From Paraspadella gotoi (lineage: Eukaryota; Animalia; Chaetognatha), in the NCBI GenBank assembly GCA_051294375.1, contig CM119264.1, positions 4,456,862 through 4,520,861 on the forward strand: 64,000 nt of DNA. The letters are read 5' to 3'. This document shows, piece by piece, positions 24,386 through 38,345 of this stretch. The notes below the pieces were generated by a model, which worked only from the letters and a program-made list of their open reading frames with translations, made no database searches and was not told the origin of the DNA. Both the position numbers and the translations under genes were made by a program. Within the stretch, counting starts at the first letter, position 1. Every line of letters starts with the position of its first letter.

Positions 24386-26402
24386 AAAAAGGATGTCGTG
24401 TTTTGAAGGGAAAAGGGCGCATTATTCTTTTCACGACTCTCGCCTTTCTTAAGGGGATCCAAGAGAAATGCGCCGAATAGCTAGAGAGGGGGGAAAAGGG
24501 TAGAGGAAGACAAAATATAAAGAGTAAAAGAAATATATAAAATTAGAAAAAAAGGAAAAAGTTAAATTACGAGAAAAATGAGAGAAGTCGAAGAGATGAT
24601 AAAAAAATTTTTAATTCTTAAAAATTAATCTCTATAAGAATAAAACGATATGAAAGAAAAGAACAAAGAAATGATATTATGAATGGAAGAAAAAAACTGA
24701 AATGAGAGGTAGAAAATAATGGAAATAGTAAGAAGTAAATAAAGAACGATAAAAAAAGGAATGAAATTAGAGGGAGGAGAGTAAAAAAAGTAAAACATTT
24801 AGGGGAGGAAAGAAAAAAAAGGATAACAAGAGANNNNNNNNNNNNNNNNNNNNNNNNNNNNNNNNNNNNNNNNNNNNNNNNNNNNNNNAAAATTGCTATT
24901 ACAACGAATTTTTCGTTTCATCTCTAAGCTTTTTTTAAATATTTTTTTATTAGAAAAGTTTGAAATGAATTTTCAACAACGATTTTATTTTTCAAAAGCG
25001 CGAGTCCCTTATTAACTGACGTCGACTTTTCGCCTGAAATTTCTGGATGAAAGGGGAGTGGACTGAGGTTAATGAAATATAAACAAAAACAAATCTAACA
25101 AATATAAACAAAAACAAATCTAACAAATATAAACAAACAAATATAACAAATATAAAAAAAAAAACATTCCCGTCGAACATCAAAACGTTCCTCATTTACT
25201 AAAAGATATACTGCCACAATTAAAAATGATTGCAACAAAAAAAAACTTTTTTGAATGACTATTCTACTTATTATAGTATGTTGAATATTTTTTTCTTTAT
25301 TTTTTTTTCGGTATCACGCATCGTCAGTAGTTTTTTTCCGTAATTTGGCTAAAAAAAGTCAACCGGGCCAATACAATTTCATTACCATACACGAGAGCCA
25401 TAAATCCCGAAAATGGCCATTTGGCAATACTTCCAATTTTCTGTCCTTTGCCCGGTTTTNNNNNNNNNNNNNNNNNNNNNNNNNNNNNNNNNNNNNNNNN
25501 NNNNNNNNNNNNNNNNNNNNNNNNNNNNNNNNNNNNNNNNNNNNNNNNNNNNNNNNNNNNNNNNNNNNNNNNNNNNNNNNNNNNNNNNNNNNNNNNNNNN
25601 NNNNNNNNNNNNNNNNNNNNNNNNNNNNNNNNNNNNNNNNNNNNNNNNNNNNNNNNNNNNNNNNNNNNNNTTTTCTGTGCCATGTTGTTTTCTTTTGTCC
25701 CTGCTTCTTTTTCTATATAACTTTTCTGTTTTTATTTCTCTCTTCACTCTTTGTTTACCTCATCTTTCTTTCTTTCATTAGTCTGTTCCTTTATTTTTTT
25801 ATAGTTTTTTCTTTAACTGTAGTCATACCTAAAAATGGCTTCAATATATCTGTTTGTTATTGTTTCTTTCGTTTTTTATTTTACTTTTTTCATTTTATTT
25901 TTTTTGCCAACACTTTTTAAGTCCCTTACTGATTTCTTTCCTTCCTCGCTCTATTCGCACATCCTCCTACTTTCCCCGATCCCTACTCTGCCAATTCTCC
26001 CGATCATTCCCCTCATCATGCCCTCCCTCATGTGTCCATACTTCTTGCCTTCCTCCTCTTCTCTCCCCTTGCCCCCCTTTCCCCCTCTCCCCCCCACCCC
26101 TCCACACACGGCCCGTGTTTTTCTCCCGCCCTTTTGCGACCAGCAGAGGTTTAATGGCGCGAACTGAGGAAGGAAATTTCGTTTTATTCTGGCTTCGGAT
26201 CTGAATGAGTCTTTTCCCGCCATTTTTTTTTTTTTATCTTTTTTTATCTCCGTTTTACTTCTTTCTTATTTCCTTTTTTTTCTCTATATATTTTTCATTT
26301 CTTTTTCCTCTCACCCTTTTCTTTTTCCGTCGGTGGCGAATAAATTCGGAAGGTTTTTTTTTTATAAAAGATTCAAAGAAAACTCTCTCTCTCTCTCTCT
26401 CT

Positions 26403-26437
<35 letters not shown>

Positions 26438-26877
26438 AGGTGAGGCATGAGTTGAGGGTTAACGTTTCCTTCTCCTGTTGAGAGGAAAGAGACGTTCACG
26501 CGGTTGTGATGCTTTTATGCTGTGATCAACGTTTTGTGATGCGTCTATTTAAATGTCAGTTTTAGAGAAGCGAGAGAACGGGAGAGCGAGACACACAGAG
26601 ACAGTGAGACAGAGAAAACGAGTTACTGAATATTGAATAAAAATCTACAAACAATTTTATTAAAAATTATCGCAAAAGAAAGTTGTAAGTATCATGCAAA
26701 CGAACAAGAGTAAAATAAAATTGTAATCAGTGTTCAAATAAAACGAAGCTGAAGAGAGAGTGATAATTGTTATGTGTTAGTGACAGAACCGTTCAATATA
26801 AGCAGTCCCTGAGCTTCGGATCAGGCTGTAACACCATGTTACAGGCGGGTTAAGCGCCCCGTCCCTCTTAACTGCCA

Positions 26878-26950
26878 GGCGACCACCGGGCTAGAACCCC
26901 GGACCTTTGTGTTGGGAGGCGAATGACTTGCCTCCGGCACCAATGGCCGC
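26878..26950 (-). mobile_element. tRNA-Gly(CCC)-derived SINE head or tRNA pseudogene; non-tRNA body continues to ~26770
   Basis: The reverse complement is GCGGCCATTGGTGCCGGAGGCAAGTCATTCGCCTCCCAACACAAAGGTCCGGGGTTCTAGCCCGGTGGTCGCC. It has a 7-bp acceptor stem (GCGGCCA/TGGTCGC), A-box-like TGGTGCCGGAGG, Gly-like TTCGCCTCCCA and B-box-like GGTTCTAGCC. The anticodon stem pairs poorly. Confidence 0.6.
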
Positions 26951-27373
26951 TGATGAACGGTTGGTGGATTTTAGTCCACCATAAAGTCAAGATTATCCAG
27001 TACCAAAAAAATATATAATCTGTCTAACCATGAAGAACCTATAAAAAAAAATAGTAATAGCAGAAAATGGGAGAAGACGTGAGAAATTAAGTTTAACTTG
27101 TGGTTCTGAACCATAACGAATTTTACTTTTTAATTTCACCTTTTTTAACGAAATTTCCACGAAACTAAATACAGACAGATATTCAGACAGATAGTCAGAC
27201 AGATACAGATAAAAAGATAGTAAAACGTCTTATAGACTCAGGGGAGTGAGAATAAACTTCTGTTGATGTCTCCTTTCCGATTCTCTCGAATTTATGGAGA
27301 ATGAAAATCAAAAAGCGAATCGAACCAAATTCCGAATTTCGCTTCGAGAAAAAAAAAACAAGAACGGTAATTC

Positions 27374-27700
27374 AAATGTGTTGCGCCGCAGTGACTGCTT
27401 TATCACGTGTACTTCTCGTGACATGACATGATATGACGTAACATGACATGACAAGACGTGACTTAACATGACTACATGACTACAATAACTTTCTTAGCCC
27501 GTATATTTATTACATGCACTGCATCAAAATTCCGTCTTTTATTTTGTCCTCTTTAATACTAGCTACGGGTAGTATTTGAGTTTTAAGATTTTCTGAAGGC
27601 GGCGCGAGCAGTCCCTTAGATTTGAGGTTTATTTCTGTCTTAACAAAAGAACAACCAACCGACCGACAGACCGACCGAAAAGTGACTTAAAAAGATTCAC
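27374..27700 (+). mobile_element. Dispersed non-autonomous repeat (Helentron/DINE-1-like or MITE), copy 1
   Basis: Modules gcgccgcagtgactg..cacgtg..(catga)n, then ggcgcgagcagtcccttagattt, then (ccga/caga)n-aaaagtgactta. The same modules recur on - at 46320-46710, on - at 44385-44530, on + at 48950-49080, and in the inverted duplication at 35460-35790. Confidence 0.6.
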
Positions 27701-29227
27701 AGCCGAAAAAAATATCATTAGTTGAATTTAGTTTTTTTTTTTTTTAGATTTAAAACAACTTGACTTCACCCCTTAGGCTTAGGTGAATAAATATCTGTGA
27801 CTGTGTATTAAGGCGTAGTGAAAGTTACAGATCAAAATTCGAAGAGTTGGTCATGAACAGTCTTATACTTAAGAACAGTGATATATTTAAAAAAATATTA
27901 ATTTCTCAGTTTTCACATTAGCACATATTTATATCATGTCATGTCATATCATATTATGTGATCAAAGGGAAATACACGTGAAAATAAAGTCACTACGGCG
28001 CAACACATTGGGACATCTACGCTTCTTGTTTATTTTTATTTTTAAGCTTGTAGGGCGAAAAAATATATTAGAGAGCAGAGAGAGACTTGTGATGAGAGAT
28101 AAGTTTTTTTTTTTGATTTTGGATGTTATTTTGAGATTGAGGAGATGTTTTATTGTGTAGTGATTTCGAGAGAGAGATGTAGGAGAGTATGAGAGAAAGA
28201 GAGAGAGATGTATGTTGTGAGATTGAGATAGTATTTTTCGATATTTTTGAATTTTGAGTGAAGATTGTATTTTCCCATTCGAGTCTTGTAGACGTTTCCA
28301 TTTTTCACTTTCTTCACTTTTTTTGATGTCAAACGATGGACGATCGACGATCTTGACGACAAAAACGATTCTGACGGACGACGACGAAACGACGACGACG
28401 ATACCGAAATCGTGTTTTTTCGCGATATTGTTGTGCAGTCGCCTTAAAAGCTTGCGAGATTAAGTGTTAAGAGAGAGAGAAGAGAGAGGTAGAGAGTGTA
28501 GAGATGAGACAAGAAAGAGAGAGAGAGAGAGAGAGAGGGATTCAGAAGGGAGAGGAGAAGAAGGAAAAAGAGACGCAGAGTCAGATCCCAACAAGGTTGG
28601 CTTGGGGAATATTACTTAGGCGACACTGAGGGCGGACGGGAGCGGGGCAGAGAGTGGGGGTGGAGAGAGAGACGAGAGAGGCAGCAGAAAGAGAACAAGA
28701 TTGAAGGTCGGAGACGCGTTCTGGACAAAATACTCTACACATCTATCTGAGTCGTTAGACGTTTTTAAATACCAGATAGGGTGTGAGTAGAGAGAAAGAG
28801 AGAGAGGATGAGAGATGAGAGAGAGAGAGATAGGAGAGAGAGAGAGAGAGATGAGAGAGAGAGAGAAAGATATTTGGAAAGAAAGAAAGAAAGAAAAGAA
28901 AGAGAAAAGAAAGAGAAAGAAAGAAAAATGAAAGAAAGAAGAAAGAAGAAGAAAAAGAAAGAAAGAAAGAAAAGAAATGAAAAGAAAAGAAAGAGAAAAA
29001 AAAATAAGGAGACTGATCGACATACAGACATACAGACAGACAGACAGAAAATAAGAATGAAAAAAGAAAGAGAGGTAAAATAAGAAAACCGCATGAAGCG
29101 TCGGGTTTCCAAGGAGATGGTCCTTTGCCCTCAAAAGGATTAAAGGATTCTGTGAAGGAACACACTTTCCTTTCACCCTCATGAGTCTGTGAAAAAGCCT
29201 TCACATGCTCAGCGTTTTCGAAAGAGC

Positions 29228-29234
29228 TGATGAA

Positions 29235-29294
<60 letters not shown>

Positions 29295-29304
29295 GATGAA
29301 GATG
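29228..29304. repeat. (GAT)n microsatellite
   Basis: Near-perfect gat run. Confidence 0.95.
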
Positions 29305-29868
29305 ATAATTATTATTGTGATAATGGTGATGATCATTAATGTGATAATTAAAGAGAAGTAAGAGGATCGTCGCCTAAATTAATTGTTAAGATTGTTTTTG
29401 TTTTGTTTTTTTTTGTTTTGTTTTTTTCATCGTATTTGTTGTCATTGTAGGTAAAGATATCAAGATACCAAGATGAAAAAAGGTTAAAAAATGAAAGAAA
29501 GATAAAAATATAAAAGTAATAAAAGAAATAAATAAAGAAAGAAAAAAAACTAGAAAAAGAAAGAGTAAAAAGAAGGAAAGAAAGAGAATAAAAGACAGAA
29601 AGAAAAAAGGAAGGAAAGAAAAAAAGAAAGAAAGAAAAGTTAAAAAGAAAGAAAACCAGGCAACATACAAACAAGCTAAAAATTACCTCTGAATTTCTCA
29701 TCCTCCCCCCAGAGTCCCTTTCGTTCAATTCAAAAACACCAAACTTTAAAAGAAAAAGAAAAAATAAGAAAAGAAAAAAAAGGAAAGACGAATTGAGGAA
29801 AAAGGAAAGAAGGCACTAAAAGAGATATAGGAGCTACTTCCTCCTTTCACAATTCCCTTCTCAAGGAG

Positions 29869-29986
<118 letters not shown>

Positions 29987-30574
29987 TGCGTATTTCGTTT
30001 CCCCATAAATTGTGTTTTCAGAGGCGAAAAAACGAGGGTAAAGACTCCATTTTTTTTCTTTTCTTTCCCCCTCACCAAACCCCCAGAGCAATTCCTTTTT
30101 TTACTCCTTTTTTTTCTTTTTCTTTACCTTTAAAAAAGAAACGTGACGAGTTTAACTTTGCATCTTTGAGAAAACGAGTCGATTTANNNNNNNNNNNNNN
30201 NNNNNNNNNNNNNNNNNNNNNNNNNNNNNNNNNNNNNNNNNNNNNNNNNNNNNNNNNNNNNNNNNNNNNNNNNNNNNNNNNNNNNNTTCCTGCCGTGGCG
30301 CGTTTTTCCTGCCTCATGATTTTTTATGGTTTTCGCTCTCACGATCTTCCTTGTTTTTTTTACTATTATTTTGTTTTACGACTGACTCTCTCTCTCTCTC
30401 TCTCTCTCNNNNNNNNNNNNNNNNNNNNNNNNNGTACATAAACGGATTGAAACGGCCGACTTTTCGGCTTATTGTAGGGCCTGATAAACCGCCGATGGTT
30501 CTTCTATAGCATTGACGGTTTTGGAGCCAAGAGCTGAAAATATTTAGAAGAGAGAGAAGAGTAGAGAGAGAAGA

Positions 30575-30605
<31 letters not shown>

Positions 30606-31424
30606 GAGGAGAGAAGAGAAGAGAGAGAGAGAGAGATCAGTCGTAAAACAAAATAATAGTAAAAAAACAAGGAAGATCGTGAAGAGCGAAACCTGAAATT
30701 CATGGCAGGAACCGAAAGACGCGCACGGCAAGGAACCACGAAAACAAGATAAACAACGATGGAAACATCAAAACAGCGATGGAAAAAATATCAAAAAGGA
30801 CAGAAATATAAGTTAAAGCAATGACAAGAAACAGATTTAAACATGCACGGAGAAAAAAATTTAACAAAAAGAAAAAGATCAAACACAGTTGTTCTGGCTC
30901 TTCTGTTCTCTGTTTAACTTATGATTCTTTGTATTTGCCTCCTCTCTCTCCTCTCTTCTGTGCATCTCTTCGGTCTTCTCTTCTTCTCGGTTCTTCTCGT
31001 CTCCTTGCTCTGCTCTCTTCATTGTCTCTGGGGCGTCATCTGCTTCTCTGCATCAGGGGTTCTTGTCGTGTTCGTGTTATCGCTTAGAGGTTTGGCTTTG
31101 TCTTTAGTGTGTTGGGGCTGCTGGGGATATGGGGTCAAATTCCCTCTCTCCTCTTCTCTCCCCTCTCTTCTCTTCCCCTCTCCAGGCTCGCCGGTCTTGG
31201 TCTTCTTCTCCTTTTTCCCGACTTTGTATGAATCGTCCTCACTCCCCTGCATTCCCTATGACAGCAATTATGATGGTTCAGTTCACTTGAAGTGCCATTG
31301 AAATCCGAAGTAATACCGCAGAATAAAATAAAAGCCTCATAAGTATCACCACTACGGTAATATGCTTAAGATAATAAAGTAGAAATCAAGAAAAATATTC
31401 ACCGCAAATCAGGATGGGACAAGG

Positions 31425-31600
31425 ATTGGATTAGGAGAGAGAGGCATGGGACAGGAGATGTGATTAGAGATGGATTGAATGGGACTTAGAGATGGATTAG
31501 AGATGGAGATTAGAGATGGGATTCAAGAGATTGGATTCCAGACGTGGATTTAGAGAATTGGGAATTTTTGAATGAGCAATGGACATAAAGATGGAATGAA
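31425..31600. repeat. Degenerate ~10-12-bp minisatellite (gatggattaga)n
   Basis: Repeated agatggattag / gatgggatt units. Confidence 0.65.
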
Positions 31601-32489
31601 AGTCGGTGTTATAATCGGAATTAACAATTAATACAATACATTAATTACATATAACTATAATACACTGGGTTGAAAAATGATTGAAAAACTGAAGAAAATA
31701 AATGAATTAAAAACAAAAAAAATATCGGGCGTCTGAATTTATAAATAAATCGTCCGACGTGACATGACATGAACGTAACATTGATTTCCTTCTCTTCACT
31801 CGATCGATAAACTCACCTTAATATCGAGCCGTGTGTCGTTTTCCCTTTCTGGCACGAATCCGCTATTTTGTCCATATCGATCGACAGTTGTCACTAGGCC
31901 GTCGCCGAGGAGAAGTATGAACATTTCTTCGGAAGACGTCAGTCTCGCTAAGTTTGATCCAGACTGTCGACGCTGTGAATGAAGGGAGAGGGGGAAGAGG
32001 GTGAGAAGAGAGAGGGTGAAGTGGTGGCGGGAAAGTTGGGGTGGAATAGTGACGAAGAGAGGATTATAGGGGGAGGATGGAGTGGTGGACTGGGGGGCGA
32101 GGAGGTGCTTGACGACGAAGGGGCAGGAGAGAAGAGATGAGAGAGAGAGAGAGGAGACGAGAAGAGAGATGAGAAAAGGAGAGATGAGAGGTATGAGATG
32201 AGAGAGTAGAGATGATGGATGAGAGAGTAGATATCGAGATGAGAGAGAGATCGGAGAGGAGAGAATGAGCCAGGATAGAGAGTAGTAAGTTTAGAGAAGG
32301 AGAATGAGACGAGAATGAGAGAGAGAAGGGGTAGAGAAGAGGGAGAGATAGAAGATGATAGTAAGGATAGATGAAGTAAAGATAGATTATCGATAGAAAG
32401 AAATAGAGAAGAAGGACTATGCAAAGAAAAGGAGAAGTTATGAAAGATTAGATTAATAAATCAATTAATTTAAACCGATAAACCTCTAT

Positions 32490-32600
32490 GCCCGCTCAAT
32501 CAACTTCCGCCAATCACAAATCCTCACGCCCATTATAAAGGCTTCCGACCAATCACGAGCTTCGGTCTCAAATTAACCTTCCACCCAATCACATCGCCCT
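32490..32600 (+). promoter_or_regulatory. Cluster of three CCAATCA boxes (candidate NF-Y promoter)
   Basis: GCCAATCAC (CCAAT at 32510), ACCAATCAC (32549) and CCCAATCAC (32585), spaced 39 and 36 bp and followed by a CpG-rich pyrimidine patch. Confidence 0.4.
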
Positions 32601-33391
32601 ACCAAATCTGGGCCGGCATCTCGAGTATTATCCTTTCTCATCTTCCTCTTCGAAACTCCGATCTCCTTTCGAGCTCCCCGCAACCTCGGGCCTCCGCCAC
32701 TCATTTACCGATCGCGAATCGTGAGCGGCGAAAAATGGAGAAAAATGAAAGGAAATGGAACTATCAAACCCGAAATTGCAGGAGAGAAGATAGTTTTTTT
32801 TCCCTCTCTCTCGAATTTGTTCATCCTTCACGAAAATTTGGAGTTAATCTTTCTTTTCCTTTTTTTTATCCTTCTCGAAAAAATTTCGTCTTTTTTTTTT
32901 TTTTTTGAAAGCAGATTTTGGAAAACGATTTTGAAGTCTCCCACTTTTTATTATATCAATTTGGGAAAAAATATTAAAAAGTTTTATATCACGAGATGAT
33001 TTTATAACTATAAAATGATCGAAAAGACACAACGAACTTTACTTATTGAATTGAAAGACATAAAGCAGCTACTAAAACAAGTTCTTAAAATAAAATAGTA
33101 AAATCGATAAAAAAAAAGCTACTAAAGAAAAAAGAAGTGGTCATCAATACTTTCAACCTTTAAATCGACTCGTTTTCCTGAAGATGCAAAGTTAAACTCG
33201 TCACGTTTCTTTTTTATTAAAGGTAAAGAAAAATAAAAAAAAAGAAAAGAGTAAAAAAGGAATTGCTCTGGGGGTTTTGGGGGGGAAAGAAAAGAAAAAA
33301 ATGGAGTTTTACCCCTCGTTTTTCGGCCTCCTGAAAAACACCAATTTTATGGGGGGAAACGAAATACGGCAAAGTTCTCTTCTCTCTCTCA

Positions 33392-33449
<58 letters not shown>

Positions 33450-36232
33450 CCTCTCTCCTCTCTCCCTCCGTCTCCCTCCTTGAGAAGGGAATTGTGAAAA
33501 GGAGGAAGTAGCTCCTATAATCTCTTTTAGTGCCTTCTTTCCTTTTTCCTCAATTCGTCTCTTCCTTTTTTTCTTTTCTTATTTTTTCTTTTTTACTTTT
33601 AAAGTTTGGTGTTTTTGAATTGAACGGAAAAGGGACTCTGGGGGGAGGATGAGAAATTCAGAAGGTAATTTTTAGCTTGTTTGTATGTTGCGTGTTTTCC
33701 TTTCTTTTTAAATAAACTTTTCTTTCTTTTTTTTTCTTTCCTTCCTTTTTTCTTTCTGTCTCTTATTCTCTTTCTTTCTTCTTTTTTACTCTTTCTTTTT
33801 TCTAGTTTTTTTTTCTTTCTTTATTTTATTTCTTTTATACTTTTATATTTTTATCTTTCTTTCATTTTTACAACCTTTTTTACATCTTGGATATCCTTGA
33901 TTATCTTTACCTACAATGACAACAAATACGAATGAAAAAACAAACAACAAAAAACAAACAAAACATCTTAAACAAATTAATTATAGGCGACGATCCTCTT
34001 ACTTCTCTTTAATTATCACATTAATGAATCATAGCACCATTATCACAATAATAATTTATCAAATCTTCATCTTCATCATCATCAATCAATCATACATCAA
34101 TCCATCCAATCATCACATCATCATCATCATCATCAGCATCTCATCTTCATCAGCTTCTTTCGAAAACGCTGAGGCAATGTGAAAGGCTTTTTCACAGACT
34201 CAATGGGGTGAAAGGAAAGTGTGTTCCTTCACAGAAATCCTTTAATCCTTTTGAGGACAAAGGACAATCTCCTTGAACCCGACGCTTCAATGCGGTTTTT
34301 CTATTTTACCTCTCTTTCTTTTTTCCAAATTCTTATTTTCTGTCTGCTGTCTGTAATGTCTGTATGTCGATCAGGTCTCCTTATTTTTTTTTCTTTCTTT
34401 CTATTTTTTATTTCTTCTTTCTTCTCTTCTTTCTTTCTATTCTTTTTGTTTTCTCTTTCTTTCTTTCCTTTTCTTTCTTTTTTCTTTCTTCATTCTTTCT
34501 TCTTCTTCTCTTTTCTTTCTTCCAAATCATCTTTCTCTCTCTCTCTCTCGTCTCTCTCTCTCTCGTCTATCTCGTCCTCTCTCGTCTCTCTCTCTTCTTC
34601 TCTTCTCTCCTCTTCCTTCTCTTCTCCTCTCTCCTGCCCCCTCCTTCTCTGTCCTTAATCACCCTTATCTGTATTTAAAAACGTCTACGTGGCAGATATG
34701 TTTAGAGTATTTTGTCAGAGGCGTCCTCGACCTTCATTTGTTCTCTTTTTCTCTGCTCTCTCCTCTCTCTATCCTCTCCTCTCTCTCTCTCCTCTTCTTT
34801 TCCCTTACCTCTCTCCGTCGTCTCTCTCTCATCTCTCATCTCTCTCTCTAAAACTTAAATCTGCAACTTTTTACGGGACTGCACAATAATCGTCGAGAAA
34901 ACACGATGATCGCGTCGTCGTCGTCGTCGGTCGTTTGCGTCGTCGTCATCTTTGACAGAAGAAGTGAGAAGTGAAATGGAAAAACGTCTACAGAGACTTC
35001 GATGGATCTCTCTCTCTCTCTTCTCTCTTCTCTCTCTCTCTCACTCTTCCTCTCTCTCCTCTCTCTCTCTCTAAAATAGTTTTTCCTTCCTTCAGCTTAA
35101 ATAAAAATACAAGAACGCGTGATTCCAGATGTGTTGCGCCGTAGTGACTTTATTTTCACGGTGTATTTCCGCTTTGATCATCATAAATATGATATGACAT
35201 GACATGATGATATAAATTATGTGCTAATGAGTGAAACTGAGAAATTAAATATTTTTTTAAATATATCACTGTTCTTAAGTATAGACTGTTCATGACCAAA
35301 CTCTTCGAATTTTGAATACTGTAACTTTCACTACGGCCTTATAATCACATCACAGATTTTAATTCACCTAAGCCTAAGGGGTGGAATCAAGTTGTTTATA
35401 AATCTAAAAAAAAAAAAATTAATCAAACTAATGATTTTTTTTTTTTCGGCTGTGAATCTTTTTATAGTCCTTTCGGTCGTTCTGTCGGTCGGTGGTTGTT
35501 ACTTTTGTTAAGACAGAAATAAACCTCAATTAAGGGACTGCTCGCGCCGCCTTCAGACAAATCTTTAAAAACTCAATATACTACCCGTAGCTGTATTAAA
35601 AGAGGACAAATAAAGGAACGGAATTTTGATGCAGTCATGTAATAATATACGGGCTAGAAAGTTATTGTAGTCATGTAGTCATGTTAAAGTCCACGTCCTT
35701 GTCAATGTCATGTTACGGGTCATATCATGTCATGTCCACGCAGAGTACAACGTGTAAACGCAGTCACTGCGGCGGCATACACACATTTGAATTACCGTCT
35801 TGTTTTTTTTTTCGCTGAAGCGAAATTCGAAATTTGGTTCGAATTCGCTTTTTTTGATTTTTCATTCCCATAAATTCGAAGAAGAACGGAAAGAACGAAT
35901 CCAAAAGAAGTTTATTCTCACTCCCCTGACTCTATAAGACGTTTTACTTATTTTTATCTGTAATCTGTCTGACTATCTGTCTGAATATCTGTTGTATTTA
36001 GTTTCGTGGAAATTTCGTATAAAAAAGTGAAATTTTAAAAAGTAAAATTCGTTATGGTTCAGAACCACAAACAGTTTAAACTTAAATTTCTCACGTCTTC
36101 TCTCACCATTTCTTGCTAATTAGCTATTGTTTTTTTATTATTCTTGTCATGGTTAGGACAGAATTATATAATTTTTTGGTACTGGATAATCTTGAACTTT
36201 AGGTGGACTAAATCCCACCAAACCGTTCATCA

Positions 36233-36306
36233 GCGGCCATTGGTACGCACGGAGGCAAGTCATTCGCCTCCCAACACAAAGGCCCGGGGTTCTAGCCCGG
36301 TGGTCC
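36233..36306 (+). mobile_element. Second copy of the tRNA-Gly-like SINE head, inside the inverted duplication
   Basis: gcggccattggtacgcacggaggcaagtcattcgcctcccaacacaaaggcccggggttctagcccggtggtcc is the reverse complement of 26878-26950 with indels. Confidence 0.55.
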
Positions 36307-36774
36307 TGGCAGTTAAGAGGGACGGGCTAACTGCCCCTTAACATGGTGTTACAGCTGATCCGAAACTCAGGGGACTAGCTTATATTGAAACTGGTTCCTG
36401 GGTCACTACACATAACAATATCAACTCTCTCTTCAGGCTTCGTTTTATTTGAAACACTGATTTACATTTTATTCTCTGCTTCGTTTTGCATGATACTTAC
36501 AACTTCTTTGCCGATAATTTTTATAAATTGTTTGTAGATTTTTATTCAATATTCCAGTTTAAACTCGTTTTCTCTGTCTCATGTCTCTTGGTGTGTCCTC
36601 GCTCTCCGCCGTTCTCCATCGCTTCCTCTAAAACTGACATTTTAAATAGACCGCATCCACAAAACGTTGATCAACACTGCACAATAAAACATCACAGAAC
36701 CGGTGAACGTCTCTTCCTCTTCAAACAGGAAGAAAGGAAACGGTTAACCCTCCAACTCATGCCTCACGCTTCTC

Positions 36775-36810
<36 letters not shown>

Positions 36811-37618
36811 AGAGAGGAGAGAGAGAGAGTTTTTCTTTGAATCTTTTTATAAAAAAAACTCCTTCGAATTTATTCCCGCGACGAAGAAAGAAAAGGGTAG
36901 AGGAAAAAGAGATGAAAAATATAGAGAAAGAAAAAAGAGAAATAAGAAGAAGTAAAACGGGAGATAAAAAAGATAAAAAAAATGGCGGGAAAAGACTCCA
37001 TTCAGAATCCGAAGCGCAGAAATAAACGAAAATTTTCCTTCCTCCAGTTCGCGCCATAAACCTCTGCTGGTCGCGAAAAAGCGGGAGAAAAACGACGGGC
37101 CGTGCGTGGTAGGGGTCGGTGGGGGAGAGACGGGGAACAGGGGGCAGGAGGGAGAGAGAGAGGGGGGAAGGAGGAAAGTATGGACTCATGAGGAGGGCAT
37201 GAATGGAGGGGAATTGATCGGGAGAATTTGCAGAGGTAGGGATCGGGGAAAGTTAGGATGGTGCGAAATAGAGCGAGGAAGGAAAGAAAATCAGTAGGGA
37301 CTTAAAGTGTTTTGGCAAAAAAGAAATAAAATGAAAAAAGTTAAATAAAAAAACGAAAGAAAACAATAAAACAGATATTGAAGCCATTTTAGGATATGAT
37401 ACAAGTTAAAAAAAAAACTATAAAAGAATAATAAAGGAAAACAGACTAATGAAAGAAAGAAAGATGAAGTAAACAAAGAGTGAAGAGAAAATAAAAACCA
37501 GAAAGTTAATAGAAAAAAGAAGCAGGGACAAAAGAAAACGACATGGCACAGAAAACAACTCCTCAGAGAGAGAAGAGAGAGAGAGAGAGTAGAAGAGAGA
37601 GAGAAGAGGAGAGAGAGA

Positions 37619-37656
<38 letters not shown>

Positions 37657-38273
37657 ATGATGGGCCCGTTGAAAGCACGATCATGAAAACCGGGAAGGAC
37701 AGAAAATTGGAGTATTTGCAAATGGGCCATTTTCGGGATTTATGGCTCTCGTGTATGGTAATGAAAATTGTATTGTGCCCGGTTGACTTTTTGAAATTAC
37801 GGGAAAAACTACTGAAAGATGCGTGATACACCGAAAAAATAAAGAAAAAAATATTCAAACATACTATAATAAGTAGAATAGTCCCCATTCCAAAAAAGTT
37901 TTTTTTTTGTTGCAATCAATTTTTAATTGTGGCAGATATCTTTTAGTAAATGAGGAAAGTTTTGATTTTCGAGACGGGAATGTGTTTTTAATTTAAATTT
38001 GTTATATTTTTTTGTTTATATTTGTTTAGATTTGTTTTTGTTTATATTTGTTAGATTGTTTATGTTATTATTTCATTAAACCTCAGTCAACTCCCCTTTC
38101 CACCCAGAAATTCAGGCGAAAGCCGACGGTCGGTTAATAAGGAACTCGCGCCTTTCAAAAAAATATACAAAAATATTTAAAAAACTTTAAAATTACACAC
38201 ACACACTCCCTGACACGCGTACACATACTCTCTCTCTCTTTCTCCTCTCTTATTTCTTTCTCTCTTTCTCTCT

Positions 38274-38304
<31 letters not shown>

Positions 38305-38312
38305 GTCTCTCT

Positions 38313-38345
<33 letters not shown>

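Noticed and set aside
26878-26950. Functional tRNA-Gly gene
   Set aside because: The anticodon stem does not pair, the T-loop/B-box is non-canonical and there is no poly-T terminator, so it was treated as a SINE head or pseudogene.
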